This document shows, piece by piece, positions 1-8,776 of a DNA stretch of 64,000 nucleotides; the first letter of the stretch is position 1; each line of letters opens with the position of its first letter. A program made the position numbers and the translations under genes. Source of the DNA: a virus; the IMG/VR virus record IMGVR_UViG_3300021387_002242, positions 2,864 through 66,863 of that record. The stretch is one strand, 5' to 3'. Under the pieces are notes generated by a model. The model was given only the letters and a program-made list of their open reading frames with translations. It was not told the DNA's origin and made no database searches.

Positions 1-74
1 ACGAAGAACAATACGCTGCGGTTCTGGCCAAACTCGCGTCGAACGATACCGAGCACAGCTCATTTAGGCGTAGG

Positions 75-329
75 TTGGACGAACATGACGAAGCACTCAA
101 AAAGCAGAATGACATCCTTGTCATTTTGGAGCGCCAGAGTAACAACATCGAACGGCTCACAGGCTCGATGAACCGAATGGAAGCCAGTATGGGCAGTATG
201 GACAAGCGGCTCGGAGCCATCGAGCAGGAACCGGCTGACAAGTGGCGCAAGGTAACCTGGGAGATCATCAAGGCCGTACTGCTTGCGGCTGTTGGATTCG
301 GATTGGCTTTTTTCTCAAAGGGAGCATAA
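75..329 (+). CDS. XhlA-like phage lysis-associated membrane protein
   Basis: 84 aa with an N-terminal coiled-coil and a C-terminal TM segment (WEIIKAVLLAAVGFGLAFF), a typical XhlA/hemolysin-like architecture; sits directly upstream of a holin. Confidence 0.5.
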   Translation: MDEHDEALKKQNDILVILERQSNNIERLTGSMNRMEASMGSMDKRLGAIEQEPADKWRKVTWEIIKAVLLAAVGFGLAFFSKGA

Positions 330-344
330 GTAGGAGGGGAATAT

Positions 345-707
345 ATGAACATTGATCTGACAACCATCATCAACGCGATCATCGCACTTCTGGCAGCTCT
401 GGTGACATACAGGGTTGTGCCGTGGATTAAGGCAAGGACGACCAACGAGCAGCAAGCCTATATTAGAGCGTTGGTCAAGGCCGGCGTCTTTGCCGCAGAG
501 CAGATATACAACACTGACGGCATGGGCCGCGAGAAAATGGAGTATGTGAAGAAGTGGCTGCAAAGTCAGGGTTACGACATCAACGTGACCGAGATCGAAG
601 CAGCGGTGAGCGAGTACATCAACCCTCCTGCGACTTCGGTTGTGAACATACCCATGCCTGAGGTAAAGCTAAATCTGGATGTTCCCGTTGATAAGGAACA
701 AAGCTAA
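345..707 (+). CDS. phage holin, LL-H/Dp-1-like Gram-positive family
   Basis: N-terminal TM segment (IINAIIALLAALVTY), then VVPWIKAR, then an amphipathic region, which is the pattern of LL-H family holins; good RBS (aggagggga). Confidence 0.6.
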   Translation: MNIDLTTIINAIIALLAALVTYRVVPWIKARTTNEQQAYIRALVKAGVFAAEQIYNTDGMGREKMEYVKKWLQSQGYDINVTEIEAAVSEYINPPATSVVNIPMPEVKLNLDVPVDKEQS

Positions 708-745
708 TGGTATAATCAAGCCATACTAAGGTAGGAGGCTTGACG

Positions 746-1045
746 ATGGAAAACAAAAGCGAGAGGGACATGGCAATGGTTCCATACTTTGTCCACGAGG
801 GCATAATGGTGCGGTTCGAGCGGACGATCAAGCGGCTGATCATAGCGCTGATAATCGCTGTAGTGCTGATGTTCGCCAGTAACGCGGCATGGCTCTACTC
901 ATGGATGCAGTACGACTACGTCAGCGAGGAAACTGTGACCACTGTGGACAGCGACGGAGATGGAATCGCCAACTACACTGGCGGCGACGGAGGTGTAATC
1001 TATGGCGAAGGTAACGGTACGAAGGACAACCAAGTCTCGGACTAG
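746..1045 (+). CDS. small membrane protein (one TM segment), lysis-module associated
   Basis: ATG preceded by aggagg; TM segment LIIALIIAVVLMFASNAAWLY; Gly/Asp-rich C-terminus. Confidence 0.4.
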   Translation: MENKSERDMAMVPYFVHEGIMVRFERTIKRLIIALIIAVVLMFASNAAWLYSWMQYDYVSEETVTTVDSDGDGIANYTGGDGGVIYGEGNGTKDNQVSD

Positions 1046-1127
1046 GGGCGGCACAAAGGCTACCCGTAGGCGCAGGAAGTAATCGACTACCCCGGCGAAA
1101 GCCGGGGCTTTTTCTTTAGGAGGCAGC

Positions 1128-1394
1128 ATGTCCAGAAAACGACTGGAAATCTACGACGTTTTTCCTCCGGCAGTAATCGACGAAGGAATCAATGCCTGTA
1201 TCAAGGACCGGATACAGCGAAAGATTCTACATTACAAGCTCGTGGACAATTACACCTACGAGGATATGACGGAGCTGCTATACCAGGAAACAGGACGCTA
1301 TTTTTCTGACAGGACTATCAAGCGTATGGTGTATCGAGCAGAAGCAAAACTCTTTCCGCAGCTTCAAATTATCTACAACGGCAAACGTATATGA
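1128..1394 (+). CDS. sigma-70 region-4-like HTH protein (putative late-gene or sporulation regulator)
   Basis: The C-terminal YTYEDMTELLYQETGRYFSDRTIKRMVYRAEAKL matches the sigma-70 region 4 HTH pattern; RBS aggaggcagcATG; followed by a terminator. Confidence 0.45.
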   Translation: MSRKRLEIYDVFPPAVIDEGINACIKDRIQRKILHYKLVDNYTYEDMTELLYQETGRYFSDRTIKRMVYRAEAKLFPQLQIIYNGKRI

Positions 1395-1396
1395 TA

Positions 1397-1436
1397 AACC
1401 CGCCAGGGCTTCGCGCCTGGGCGGGTCTTTTTTATT
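1397..1436 (+). terminator. rho-independent terminator
   Basis: GC hairpin cccgccagggc/gcctgggcggg followed by tcttttttatt. Confidence 0.6.
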
Positions 1437-1551
1437 CGCGCAGAATATGGGATTACAGTGGCTTATTTCACAGGAAATGGAGCTTTCACGCAAAACGTAA
1501 AACGGCCTAAATGGGCCGTTTCTGGGCGTCTGGTGGCATTCTAAATGTGGG

Positions 1552-1734
1552 TTATTCTTCAAGAAGCCAATTTGAATACATATAATCGTGGGTATTATCA
1601 TCCCATTGTACACAGTAGCAGAACGGGCTTATAGACATGACGATGTAACCATGTGTGTCTATCTTGGATTGACGCAGATGACTGAACAATACCGGATTTA
1701 GTTTTACACGCTGACCAGCTTTGTACTTTTTCAT
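1552..1734 (-). CDS. hypothetical small protein
   Basis: 60-aa ORF with RBS, translationally coupled to the gene upstream. Confidence 0.3.
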   Translation of the reverse strand: MKKYKAGQRVKLNPVLFSHLRQSKIDTHGYIVMSISPFCYCVQWDDNTHDYMYSNWLLEE

Positions 1735-1810
1735 GTTTTTCTCCTTTCTGCCCTGCCATCATCAGCACCCGTGGGGCGGTTCGGGTGGACGGCCCGGAGG
1801 CCGTTTCGGC

Positions 1811-2086
1811 TTATCGTCCGCAAACAACCATGATTGCCGCTGCCATTCTGTCCATCCCTGCAGCTACCAGCGCATCAACCTTGATGCTTTGGCTCACACG
1901 CTCGATTGTCTGATTCAGGCTTTCGGTGTGGAATCCGTTGATTCCGTTGAACTGCTTCTTCAGCTTTCCGTCCGTGTCGATGTCCTTGTCCTCGAATGCC
2001 CAGTAACCATCAGCGGCTCCCATGTTCTCCGCCTTGCAGATCGTGAAGCGCCTTCCGACTTCGATGTATTCAGTAACCTTTTTCAT
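1811..2086 (-). CDS. hypothetical protein
   Basis: Start moved to an internal ATG (MKKVTEYIEV...) preceded by the strong RBS aaaggagagag. Confidence 0.45.
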   Translation of the reverse strand: MKKVTEYIEVGRRFTICKAENMGAADGYWAFEDKDIDTDGKLKKQFNGINGFHTESLNQTIERVSQSIKVDALVAAGMDRMAAAIMVVCGR

Positions 2087-2400
2087 CGTTCTCTCTCCTT
2101 TCATCTGCCGGGGTTTAGCCGCCCCGGCTCGGTTCCACATTTGCTTACACTTCCTTAAAACGCTTGATTTCGTCTTCGGTATATCCAACATTCACAGCAT
2201 CGAAGGGGCCGTTAAAGATATAAACCGTGACTTCTTCCATTCTAAGAGTTTTGCAGTTGAAACGTTTTTCCTGTCTGGTCTTGCCGGTGTAGTATCACCT
2301 ATCAAACGAGCTGCCATTCCTGTAAGCTACGTTCTTTCTCAGCATTTCCTTTGTCATTGTACTTACCTCCATGTTGTATGTGTTCCCTTGATCTGGCTAG

Positions 2401-2447
2401 ATAATACCATAGAACTACTGCAAAGTCAAGTTAAATGAATGATAACT
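2401..2447 (-). promoter_or_regulatory. conserved leftward promoter/operator element, copy 1 (TTGACT-N17-TATTAT on the minus strand)
   Basis: Reverse complement reads agttatcattcatttaacTTGACTttgcagtagttctatggTATTAT; one of seven copies. Confidence 0.5.
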
Positions 2448-2589
2448 AAGAAAATAATACTAAGGGATGCAACGCTCGGCCTTGTGCCGGGCGCTTTTTT
2501 TGTTTTTGGGGTAGAGCTGCCCGAAGATGTCCCGAAACTGGCACAACGCTGTCCTGTCGATTCCAGGGCGAAAAACGGATAATTGAGCT

Positions 2590-2739
2590 ATGAACGAGAT
2601 GATAAAGCGCCTTGAAACAATAGGCGTCGATTGCACAGGAATTATAAAGAGCGTGGAGGATGGCCGGGAAGAAGAAGCGCGGGAATATGCGTTGTATCTG
2701 ATCGCGGTCTTTGACGATAGGCATGAGTATCTGGCGTAG
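2590..2739 (+). CDS. hypothetical small protein (49 aa)
   Basis: ATG ORF MNEMIKRLETIGVDCTGIIK..., below the track length cutoff; weak RBS. Confidence 0.2.
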   Translation: MNEMIKRLETIGVDCTGIIKSVEDGREEEAREYALYLIAVFDDRHEYLA

Positions 2740-3109
2740 TTATAATCCCAACCCTTACATGCGGAACACTATCGACTGTGCTGTCAGAGCAGTGGCAAAG
2801 GCTCTTGATACGGACTGGCATACAGCCAAGGCACTGATAGCGGTCAAGGCTTACAACATCGGTGGGATGGATTCTGGCAACGCAACCTGGGGCGAAGTGC
2901 TCCACGACCACGGATTCAGGAAAGCCCTAATACCGGATACATGCCCGTACTGCTATACAGCGGCAGACTTCGCCAGGGACAACCCGCGTGGTGTGTTCGT
3001 GCTTGGATTCGGAAGCCATGTAGCAACGCTCGAGGACGGAATTCTGTATGACAGTTGGGATTCTTCCCGGGAGATTCCCCAATATTACTGGTATTTACCG
3101 GAGGTGTAA
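2723..3109 (+). CDS. hypothetical protein
   Basis: ORF with coding-like composition; start uncertain. Confidence 0.4.
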   Translation: MSIWRSYNPNPYMRNTIDCAVRAVAKALDTDWHTAKALIAVKAYNIGGMDSGNATWGEVLHDHGFRKALIPDTCPYCYTAADFARDNPRGVFVLGFGSHVATLEDGILYDSWDSSREIPQYYWYLPEV

Positions 3110-3112
3110 AGG

Positions 3113-3661
3113 ATGGCAGCTTACAACAATGGATTTCCGATGAACTACCCCCAGATGTACTACCCACAGTTTCCCCAGCAGTTCCAGCAGCAGTATCAAC
3201 AGCCCATGCAGCAGCAACAGCCCCAGCAGACAGTTCCCCAGCAGCCGGCGCAGCAAACGCAGCAGTACCCGGTTGTCCAGGGCGGCTTTGTTCGGGTGAT
3301 GAACGAGAACGAAGCCAGGATGTACCCGGTCGCCCCGGGCAATAGCGTGACCTTCATCAATGAGAACAGCCCGTACTGCTACACCAAAACGGTGAACATG
3401 GGGCAGCTTGACAGGCCGGTATTCGAGAAATACAGGCTGGTGAAGGAGGATGACACGGCGACGCCCGTAGAGGCCCCACAACGGCCCGTAGAAGCGCCCG
3501 CACCCGACTTTAGCAAGTATGCACTCAAGGACGATGTAGCGGCTTTCAGGGCCGATCTGGAGGCCATCAGGAGCGATATAGAGACGTTCAGGGGTGACCT
3601 TTACGGATTGGCTGGGAAGAAGAAAGCCCCAGCGAAAAAGGAGGTAGCTGTCGATGAATAA
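3113..3661 (+). CDS. Q/P/Y-rich low-complexity protein (spore-coat-like)
   Basis: N-terminus NYPQMYYPQFPQQFQQQYQQPMQQQQPQQTVPQQPAQQTQQYP, then a globular part; RBS ggaggtgtaaaggATG. Confidence 0.5.
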   Translation: MAAYNNGFPMNYPQMYYPQFPQQFQQQYQQPMQQQQPQQTVPQQPAQQTQQYPVVQGGFVRVMNENEARMYPVAPGNSVTFINENSPYCYTKTVNMGQLDRPVFEKYRLVKEDDTATPVEAPQRPVEAPAPDFSKYALKDDVAAFRADLEAIRSDIETFRGDLYGLAGKKKAPAKKEVAVDE

Positions 3662-3872
3662 TCCGTTGTTCGGCGGCACACCGCAAATGAGTGGCCAGAT
3701 GGCGAACATCCAGAGAACGATGCAGCAGTTCCAGCAGTTCAGGCAATCGTTCCAGGGCGACCCACGTCAGCAGGTACAGCAGATGCTTAATAGCGGCAGG
3801 GTTAGCCAGGAGCGATATAACCAGGCGTACCAGATGGCCCAGCAGTTTCAGCAGATGATGGGAGGCAAATAA
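3654..3872 (+). CDS. Q-rich small protein
   Basis: 72 aa, QQFQQFRQSFQGDPRQQVQQ...; ATGA start/stop overlap with the upstream gene. Confidence 0.45.
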   Translation: MNNPLFGGTPQMSGQMANIQRTMQQFQQFRQSFQGDPRQQVQQMLNSGRVSQERYNQAYQMAQQFQQMMGGK

Positions 3873-3874
3873 GC

Positions 3875-4087
3875 ATGATTGACCGGATGGAAAAGAAAAT
3901 CGAGGACTTCATCAATTCCATTATGGAGAAGGACAGCATCGACTTCTGCGATTACCAGATACTTGTCGGCGAGATCAACCGGCAGCATGCGAAGGAACAA
4001 GAGGAAAAGATGAAAGCCGAGAACAAGGCCCAGCAAGAACAGTGGCTTAAAACGCTGACTTCGATGGTTGCGGCAAAGGGTAATTAA
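3875..4087 (+). CDS. hypothetical coiled-coil protein
   Basis: 70 aa, K/E-rich; start 2 nt after the upstream stop. Confidence 0.4.
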   Translation: MIDRMEKKIEDFINSIMEKDSIDFCDYQILVGEINRQHAKEQEEKMKAENKAQQEQWLKTLTSMVAAKGN

Positions 4088-4328
4088 AATCGACTTTAGC
4101 TGTAATGAATGGGATGCAGGTTTATTAAAGTAAACCCTTGTCTGCTTTAGTTACAGCAAAAAAACGCGCAGCAAAGGCTCCAATCTTCGCTGCGCGGACG
4201 GTACACCACCACGGACGCGGCGGCTCCCGGACAAAGCCATTATAGCTGTGTTTCCGTGGTGTGTCAAGCGAATACATCCGTCAATGCGCGCAGACGGTTG
4301 TAAATACACATCGAAAGGAAACAATAAT

Positions 4329-5237
4329 ATGGCTCTCGAGAATGAGAATGGCATGGTCATGCCCGTGCAGCCCATGTATGGCAACGGTTATGGCATGAAC
4401 AACGGCGGCTTCGGCTTCGGTGGTGATGGCCTGTGGTTCCTGATTCTGTTCTTCCTGCTGGCTGGTAACGGCGGCTGGGGCGGTTTCGGTGGCGGCTTCG
4501 GCAACAACATCGCGGCTGACGGCGCTGTCCTGTACCCTTGGATGAACCAGTCCAATCAGATCAATGGCGGCTTCCGTGACCAGATGCTGAACACCAGCAT
4601 CAACGGCATCCAGCAGAGCATCACCAGCGGCTTCGGCGACGTGCAGAACAGCCTGTGTGCGGGTTTCGCCGGCGTGAACGCGACCGTGAACGGTGCGCAG
4701 AACGCTATCGCCCAGCAGATGTACGGCAATCAGATTGCCGATCTGGAGCGCTCCTTTGCCGCTCAGACGGCGACCACTCAGGGCATGAACGCGATTCAGT
4801 CTCAGCTGGCTCAGTGCTGCTGCGACAACCGCGCGGCCACGGCTGACCTCAAGTATACCGTGGCGACTGAGAACTGCGCAGATCGCACGGCGGCTGCTCA
4901 GAACACCAGGGACATCATCGATGCCCAGACCCGTGGCACTCAGGCCATTCTGGACAAACTGTGTGCCCTCGAGCTGGACGGCGTGAAAAACCAGCTGGCC
5001 CAGGCGCAGCGTGAGAATGTCGGTCTGCAGAACCAGGTGAACATGGCTGCGTTCCGCGAATCTCAGGCGAACCAGAATGCGCTGATCACCCAGGGCTTTT
5101 CTACTGAGGTTGACGCGCTGTATAACCGGCTCAACTCCTGCCCCGTGCCCACCACTCCCGTGTATGGCCGGACGCCCATCTTCACCTGTGGCGGCAACAC
5201 CATGGGCTGCGGGTGTGCTTGCGGCGGCGTAGCGTAA
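4329..5237 (+). CDS. Gly-rich/TM/coiled-coil/Cys-rich protein (YjcZ-like N-terminus; candidate spore-surface or membrane protein)
   Basis: GYGMNNGGFGFGGDGLWFLILFFLLAGNGGWGGFGGGFG resembles YjcZ-type Gly-rich plus hydrophobic-core sporulation peptides; long N/Q-rich coiled-coil; C-terminal CGGNTMGCGCACGG; RBS aaaggaaacaataatATG. Confidence 0.5.
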   Translation: MALENENGMVMPVQPMYGNGYGMNNGGFGFGGDGLWFLILFFLLAGNGGWGGFGGGFGNNIAADGAVLYPWMNQSNQINGGFRDQMLNTSINGIQQSITSGFGDVQNSLCAGFAGVNATVNGAQNAIAQQMYGNQIADLERSFAAQTATTQGMNAIQSQLAQCCCDNRAATADLKYTVATENCADRTAAAQNTRDIIDAQTRGTQAILDKLCALELDGVKNQLAQAQRENVGLQNQVNMAAFRESQANQNALITQGFSTEVDALYNRLNSCPVPTTPVYGRTPIFTCGGNTMGCGCACGGVA

Positions 5238-5250
5238 AGGAGGGCACACC

Positions 5251-5724
5251 ATGGCTGAGTATGTTTATAACCCTGTGCAGGAAGTTCTGCCTAATCAGAA
5301 CGTACTGCTGCAGGACAGTATTCCTTGCAATCGGGGCTATGTGATTCACCGCAACGGCTCCGGCATCCTTACTCTGCGTGGTTGCGTTAACGGTACCGGG
5401 TGTTTTGCCCGGTACCAGGTTACGGCAAATATGAACATTGCAGTACCGTCTACAGGTACGGTTGGCCCGATCTCTGTTTCTCTCGCCATCGACGGTGAAC
5501 CGATACAGACGAGCAAAGCTATCGTTACGCCGGCTGCGGTTGCAGACGAACCGCCCACGGATAACAACTTCGGCAATGTGACCTCGACGGCTATCATCAC
5601 TGTTCCCCGTGGATGCTGCTATACGATTGCCGTGGAGAACACGTCTGCTGGCCTGACGGCGGCTGATCCTGCTCCTGCGATTCTCGTTAAAAACGCAAAT
5701 CTGACCGTAACCCGCATAGCATAA
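5251..5724 (+). CDS. BclA C-terminal/C1q-like beta-sandwich domain protein (exosporium-like)
   Basis: 157 aa rich in T/V/N/G with paired Cys, ending NANLTVTRIA, reminiscent of the TNF/C1q-like domain of exosporium protein BclA; RBS aaggaggg. Confidence 0.35.
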   Translation: MAEYVYNPVQEVLPNQNVLLQDSIPCNRGYVIHRNGSGILTLRGCVNGTGCFARYQVTANMNIAVPSTGTVGPISVSLAIDGEPIQTSKAIVTPAAVADEPPTDNNFGNVTSTAIITVPRGCCYTIAVENTSAGLTAADPAPAILVKNANLTVTRIA

Positions 5725-5741
5725 CAGGAAGGAGGATAAGC

Positions 5742-6230
5742 ATGGATTATTTGAAGGAAATGCACGAGTTGTGCGAAACCGTCTCCAAGGCCATGGTAAC
5801 GGCCAACGAGAAAATCAGGGCTGCAGGAGGCAAGCTCTCCACCAGCGACCTGGACTATGTGGACAAGCTCACCCACACCCTGAAATCCATCGAGACGACT
5901 ATCGCCATGAAGGAAGCCGAGATGGACGATGGCTACAGCGAGCGTGGCTCTTACCATGACGGTGGCTCTTACCGGAGCTATAACCGGGGCATGAGGGGCT
6001 ACTCCCGCGACGGTGGCAGCTATGACGACGGCAGCTACGACAGCCGTAGCTATGCCCGTGGTCGTGGCCGTTACGCGAATCGTGACAGCATGGGCCGCTA
6101 TTCCAATGACGGGTATTCCCGTGATGGCGACATGATGGAGGATTTGCACGAGCTGATGGACAAAGCGCCCGATGATCGGACGCGCCAGGAGTTCAAGAAT
6201 TTCATCGATAAGATGAAGCAGATGAACTAA
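5742..6230 (+). CDS. RGG/SY-rich low-complexity protein (CotG-like, spore-coat-like)
   Basis: Central repeats GYSERGSYHDGGSYRSYNRGMRGYSRDGGSYDDGSYDSRSYARGRGRYANRDSMGRYSNDGYSRDGD flanked by helical ends; RBS aggaaggaggataagcATG. Confidence 0.5.
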   Translation: MDYLKEMHELCETVSKAMVTANEKIRAAGGKLSTSDLDYVDKLTHTLKSIETTIAMKEAEMDDGYSERGSYHDGGSYRSYNRGMRGYSRDGGSYDDGSYDSRSYARGRGRYANRDSMGRYSNDGYSRDGDMMEDLHELMDKAPDDRTRQEFKNFIDKMKQMN

Positions 6231-6234
6231 AAAC

Positions 6235-6275
6235 AAACCCGCGTAGGCTTGAATGCTTACGCGGGCATTTTTCAC
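6235..6275. terminator. bidirectional rho-independent terminator
   Basis: acccgcgtaggcttgaatgcttacgcggg hairpin with a T-run on the plus side and an A-run on the minus side; separates the convergent + cargo operon from the - accessory operon. Confidence 0.5.
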
Positions 6276-6625
6276 TCGATCAGGGTCGTCCAATCAATGT
6301 CAAGGATTTCCCCGATTTTCATGAGCGTGGTGGTTTTTGGTTTGAATTTGCCGTATTCCCAATATTGGTACTGCTGGACCGGAACACCGAGAGCGTCAGC
6401 CATCATCTGCTGGGTGAATTTCTTATCAACACGCACTTCTGCGAGTTTGGTGTGCGCACGAGTGAACGGAGAAATCCTGTTTGTGGATGACTGTTCGTAC
6501 CATTCGACTACACCAGAAACGCTGTCAATCCAATCCCGGAACTGCTGCACATTCTTGGCGGTGACTTTAGCGTAGAATTCGGATTCGTTGTCCAGCTTGA
6601 CAGAGAAAATATAGTGTCTTTTCAT
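6272..6625 (-). CDS. XRE-family HTH protein with an N-terminal extra domain
   Basis: C-terminal QQMMADALGVPVQQYQYWEYGKFKPKTTTLMKIGEILDIDWTTLIE is an HTH_XRE fold. Confidence 0.5.
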   Translation of the reverse strand: MKRHYIFSVKLDNESEFYAKVTAKNVQQFRDWIDSVSGVVEWYEQSSTNRISPFTRAHTKLAEVRVDKKFTQQMMADALGVPVQQYQYWEYGKFKPKTTTLMKIGEILDIDWTTLIE

Positions 6626-6667
6626 TTGTTCACCCCTTCTGAATTATCGCACAGACCCCACGAAAAG

Positions 6668-7534
6668 TCAACCCACAACCCCGGGCATAATCAGGTTCAC
6701 GGCTTTACCTGCCTGACTGGCTGCCGTGACTATCAATCTCTTGTCGTTCCGCAATGCCTTAATCCAGCTATGGATGTATGCGGCATTGTTTCTGACAGAA
6801 CTATCCGTTTCAAGACCTAGCACATTCATGATCGTAGCGCTGCCCATTTCTGCGACAAGCTCCTCCTTGCTATAGGATTCATCCCGGAAGTGCGTCCCGT
6901 CTTTGATGCGCTTCAAGCGTGAGCTGTGCCCTGTCGAATGGGTCAGCTCGTGGAACGCAGTGGCGTAGTATTCAGCCTCGCCACGGAACTGCTCACGCAA
7001 CGGGAGGACAACCTTGTCCAGGAAGGGAGAGTAGTATGCACGGCCTTGATGTTCATGCTCGACGACTACACCGGAACGGGCAGAATAATCAGCGATCACG
7101 TTCTCGGCTTTTTCAACCGGGTCAAAATCACGAAGGACTTCCTCGTAGTGCTTCGGCTTCAACCCTTCGCAATCGTCGATGTGGAACACGTTCGAGTATT
7201 GCAGGAACGGGATCTGGTCGATGATCGGCTCCCCGTCTGTGCCAAGGACAGCCGCGCCCTTCTCGTTTACCCGGGGCTTCGGTAACATCTTGAAGAACAC
7301 AACGATCTTCGACTTTTCACCCTTCTTTACACGGCCACCTTCTTCCTTACACTGATACCAGGTCAGGTATTCACCCGGAGTTTCAAGCAGCAACTGGTTC
7401 AACAGGCTGTACGGCTTGCCGGTGACACGCTTGATCGCCCAGCTTCCAGCACCCGTCCAAGGGCGATTCCAAGGGATGTCGCCCTGCTCCAGTATCGCAA
7501 TGATTCTATCTGTCACCATTTTATAAACGTCCAT
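6668..7534 (-). CDS. ardC: ArdC-like anti-restriction protein (ssDNA-binding N-domain plus HExxH metallopeptidase)
   Basis: N-terminal DIPWNRPW motif (ArdC-N/DUF1738) and C-terminal FHELTHSTGH zincin motif. Confidence 0.75.
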   Translation of the reverse strand: MDVYKMVTDRIIAILEQGDIPWNRPWTGAGSWAIKRVTGKPYSLLNQLLLETPGEYLTWYQCKEEGGRVKKGEKSKIVVFFKMLPKPRVNEKGAAVLGTDGEPIIDQIPFLQYSNVFHIDDCEGLKPKHYEEVLRDFDPVEKAENVIADYSARSGVVVEHEHQGRAYYSPFLDKVVLPLREQFRGEAEYYATAFHELTHSTGHSSRLKRIKDGTHFRDESYSKEELVAEMGSATIMNVLGLETDSSVRNNAAYIHSWIKALRNDKRLIVTAASQAGKAVNLIMPGVVG

Positions 7535-7784
7535 GCGGCAACCCCTTTCTAAGCGCCCCAGAGGGGCTTTGTGGCGGCTTGTTGGATTCGGTCGAAGAAG
7601 TTATCACGCGGCAGGTGAAGCGCCCAGAGAGGCGCATGTGGAGCGATAAACGCAATCCATCATTTTAGCTTTTTAATTCCATATTTATCACAATCGTACC
7701 ATTCACCTTTGATACAGCAGCGATAGCCAAAGATAGCTCCAGCGGCTTTCGGATAAGGATGTCCCTCAATCACGGGTTCAAGTC

Positions 7785-8204
7785 TTAGCTCCAAGATGTT
7801 TCAGCCCTCCTTTTCTCGTCGGGGCGGGATGTCCAACAGCGCCAACGAATACCATAGTCATTAGCCATAGCAGTCACTACTTCAAGAAGCTGATTTCTGA
7901 CAGTTACAAAATGAATCACTATAACAATACGATCATTTGCGGTGATTAACACATCTCTCAGCAGCCCAACAATGACATCAGGCTTGTCGTTATCTTCAAG
8001 CCATACGATGCTACCATCTGGCAAAGCCACCACTTCCTCCAGCGTCATCACGCGCGGCTCCTGCGCTTTCAGCAGCGCGAGGGCATCTGTCATCGGCGCG
8101 ATAAACCCGCCTTTTGATTCGCATTCAATCTTATACGGGCACGAATCATCACACCCTTTAATGCAAGTTTCCAACCACTTGATAACCTTCTCCACATTAG
8201 GCAT
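7785..8204 (-). CDS. Cys-rich paralog A1 (KVIKWLE...ALALLKAQEP N-module plus QEPRVMTLEE...WTSRP C-module)
   Basis: One of five paralogs; start moved to MPNVEKV with RBS ggagga. Confidence 0.45.
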   Translation of the reverse strand: MPNVEKVIKWLETCIKGCDDSCPYKIECESKGGFIAPMTDALALLKAQEPRVMTLEEVVALPDGSIVWLEDNDKPDVIVGLLRDVLITANDRIVIVIHFVTVRNQLLEVVTAMANDYGIRWRCWTSRPDEKRRAETSWS

Positions 8205-8475
8205 TTTCATATTCCTCCATCGCAGATTCGTAAAAGTTATCAAACGGTTCCATCTCTCCGTTCATGTGCCAGTTAGCAACTCCAAGCCCCGCTCCGTATA
8301 GATCGTCAAAATATGACTTGAAAGCATAAAGGGCATTCAGCATAGCGAGGGCATCTGTTGCTAATTCTCGTGAACAGTTTAATGTTTCTATCCCCCAATA
8401 CGGGCAGTTTTTCATACACCCCGAACCTGTTGCATGTGCTTCCAGACCCTTGATAACCTTCTCCCTGTTAGGCAT
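8197..8475 (-). CDS. Cys-rich paralog A2 (KVIKGLE...AMLNAL)
   Basis: Paralog of 7785-8204 and 32868-33170. Confidence 0.45.
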   Translation of the reverse strand: MPNREKVIKGLEAHATGSGCMKNCPYWGIETLNCSRELATDALAMLNALYAFKSYFDDLYGAGLGVANWHMNGEMEPFDNFYESAMEEYENA

Positions 8476-8776
8476 TCCACTTCACCTTCCTTCTACAGTT
8501 ATGGCAGTAATTCTCCCCATATCCTATATCTATCAAGCAGTTCCCGCATTGCCATGCCGTGCTTGACCGCTTGCAATCTGGTACATAGTGCATGATCGGC
8601 TTCACCGGCTCCTGCGTTTTCAGCAGTTCAAGGGCATCAGCCATCAACTGCGTATTACATGCTATGGCCTTACCATCTACATCATAGGGACAGCCGTCGC
8701 ATGGCCTGGTATTTTGGTTGAGCATAGTTTGAGTGCAACAAGCCAACCCAGAAATCACTTTTTCAAGTTCGTTCAT
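8468..8776 (-). CDS. Cys-rich paralog A3 (KVISGLACC...LELLKTQEP plus a C-terminal Zn-ribbon)
   Basis: Paralog; C-terminal CGNC...CHNC. Confidence 0.45.
   Translation of the reverse strand: MNELEKVISGLACCTQTMLNQNTRPCDGCPYDVDGKAIACNTQLMADALELLKTQEPVKPIMHYVPDCKRSSTAWQCGNCLIDIGYGENYCHNCRRKVKWNA

Noticed and set aside
4281-5252. 323-aa minus-strand ORF opposite the Gly-rich protein gene
   Set aside because: GC-rich antisense artefact; Ala/Gly/Val-rich translation lacking starts with an RBS.
5619-6293. 224-aa minus-strand ORF opposite the RGG/SY-repeat gene
   Set aside because: Antisense of a repetitive GC-rich gene; the plus-strand gene has an RBS and a sensible architecture.
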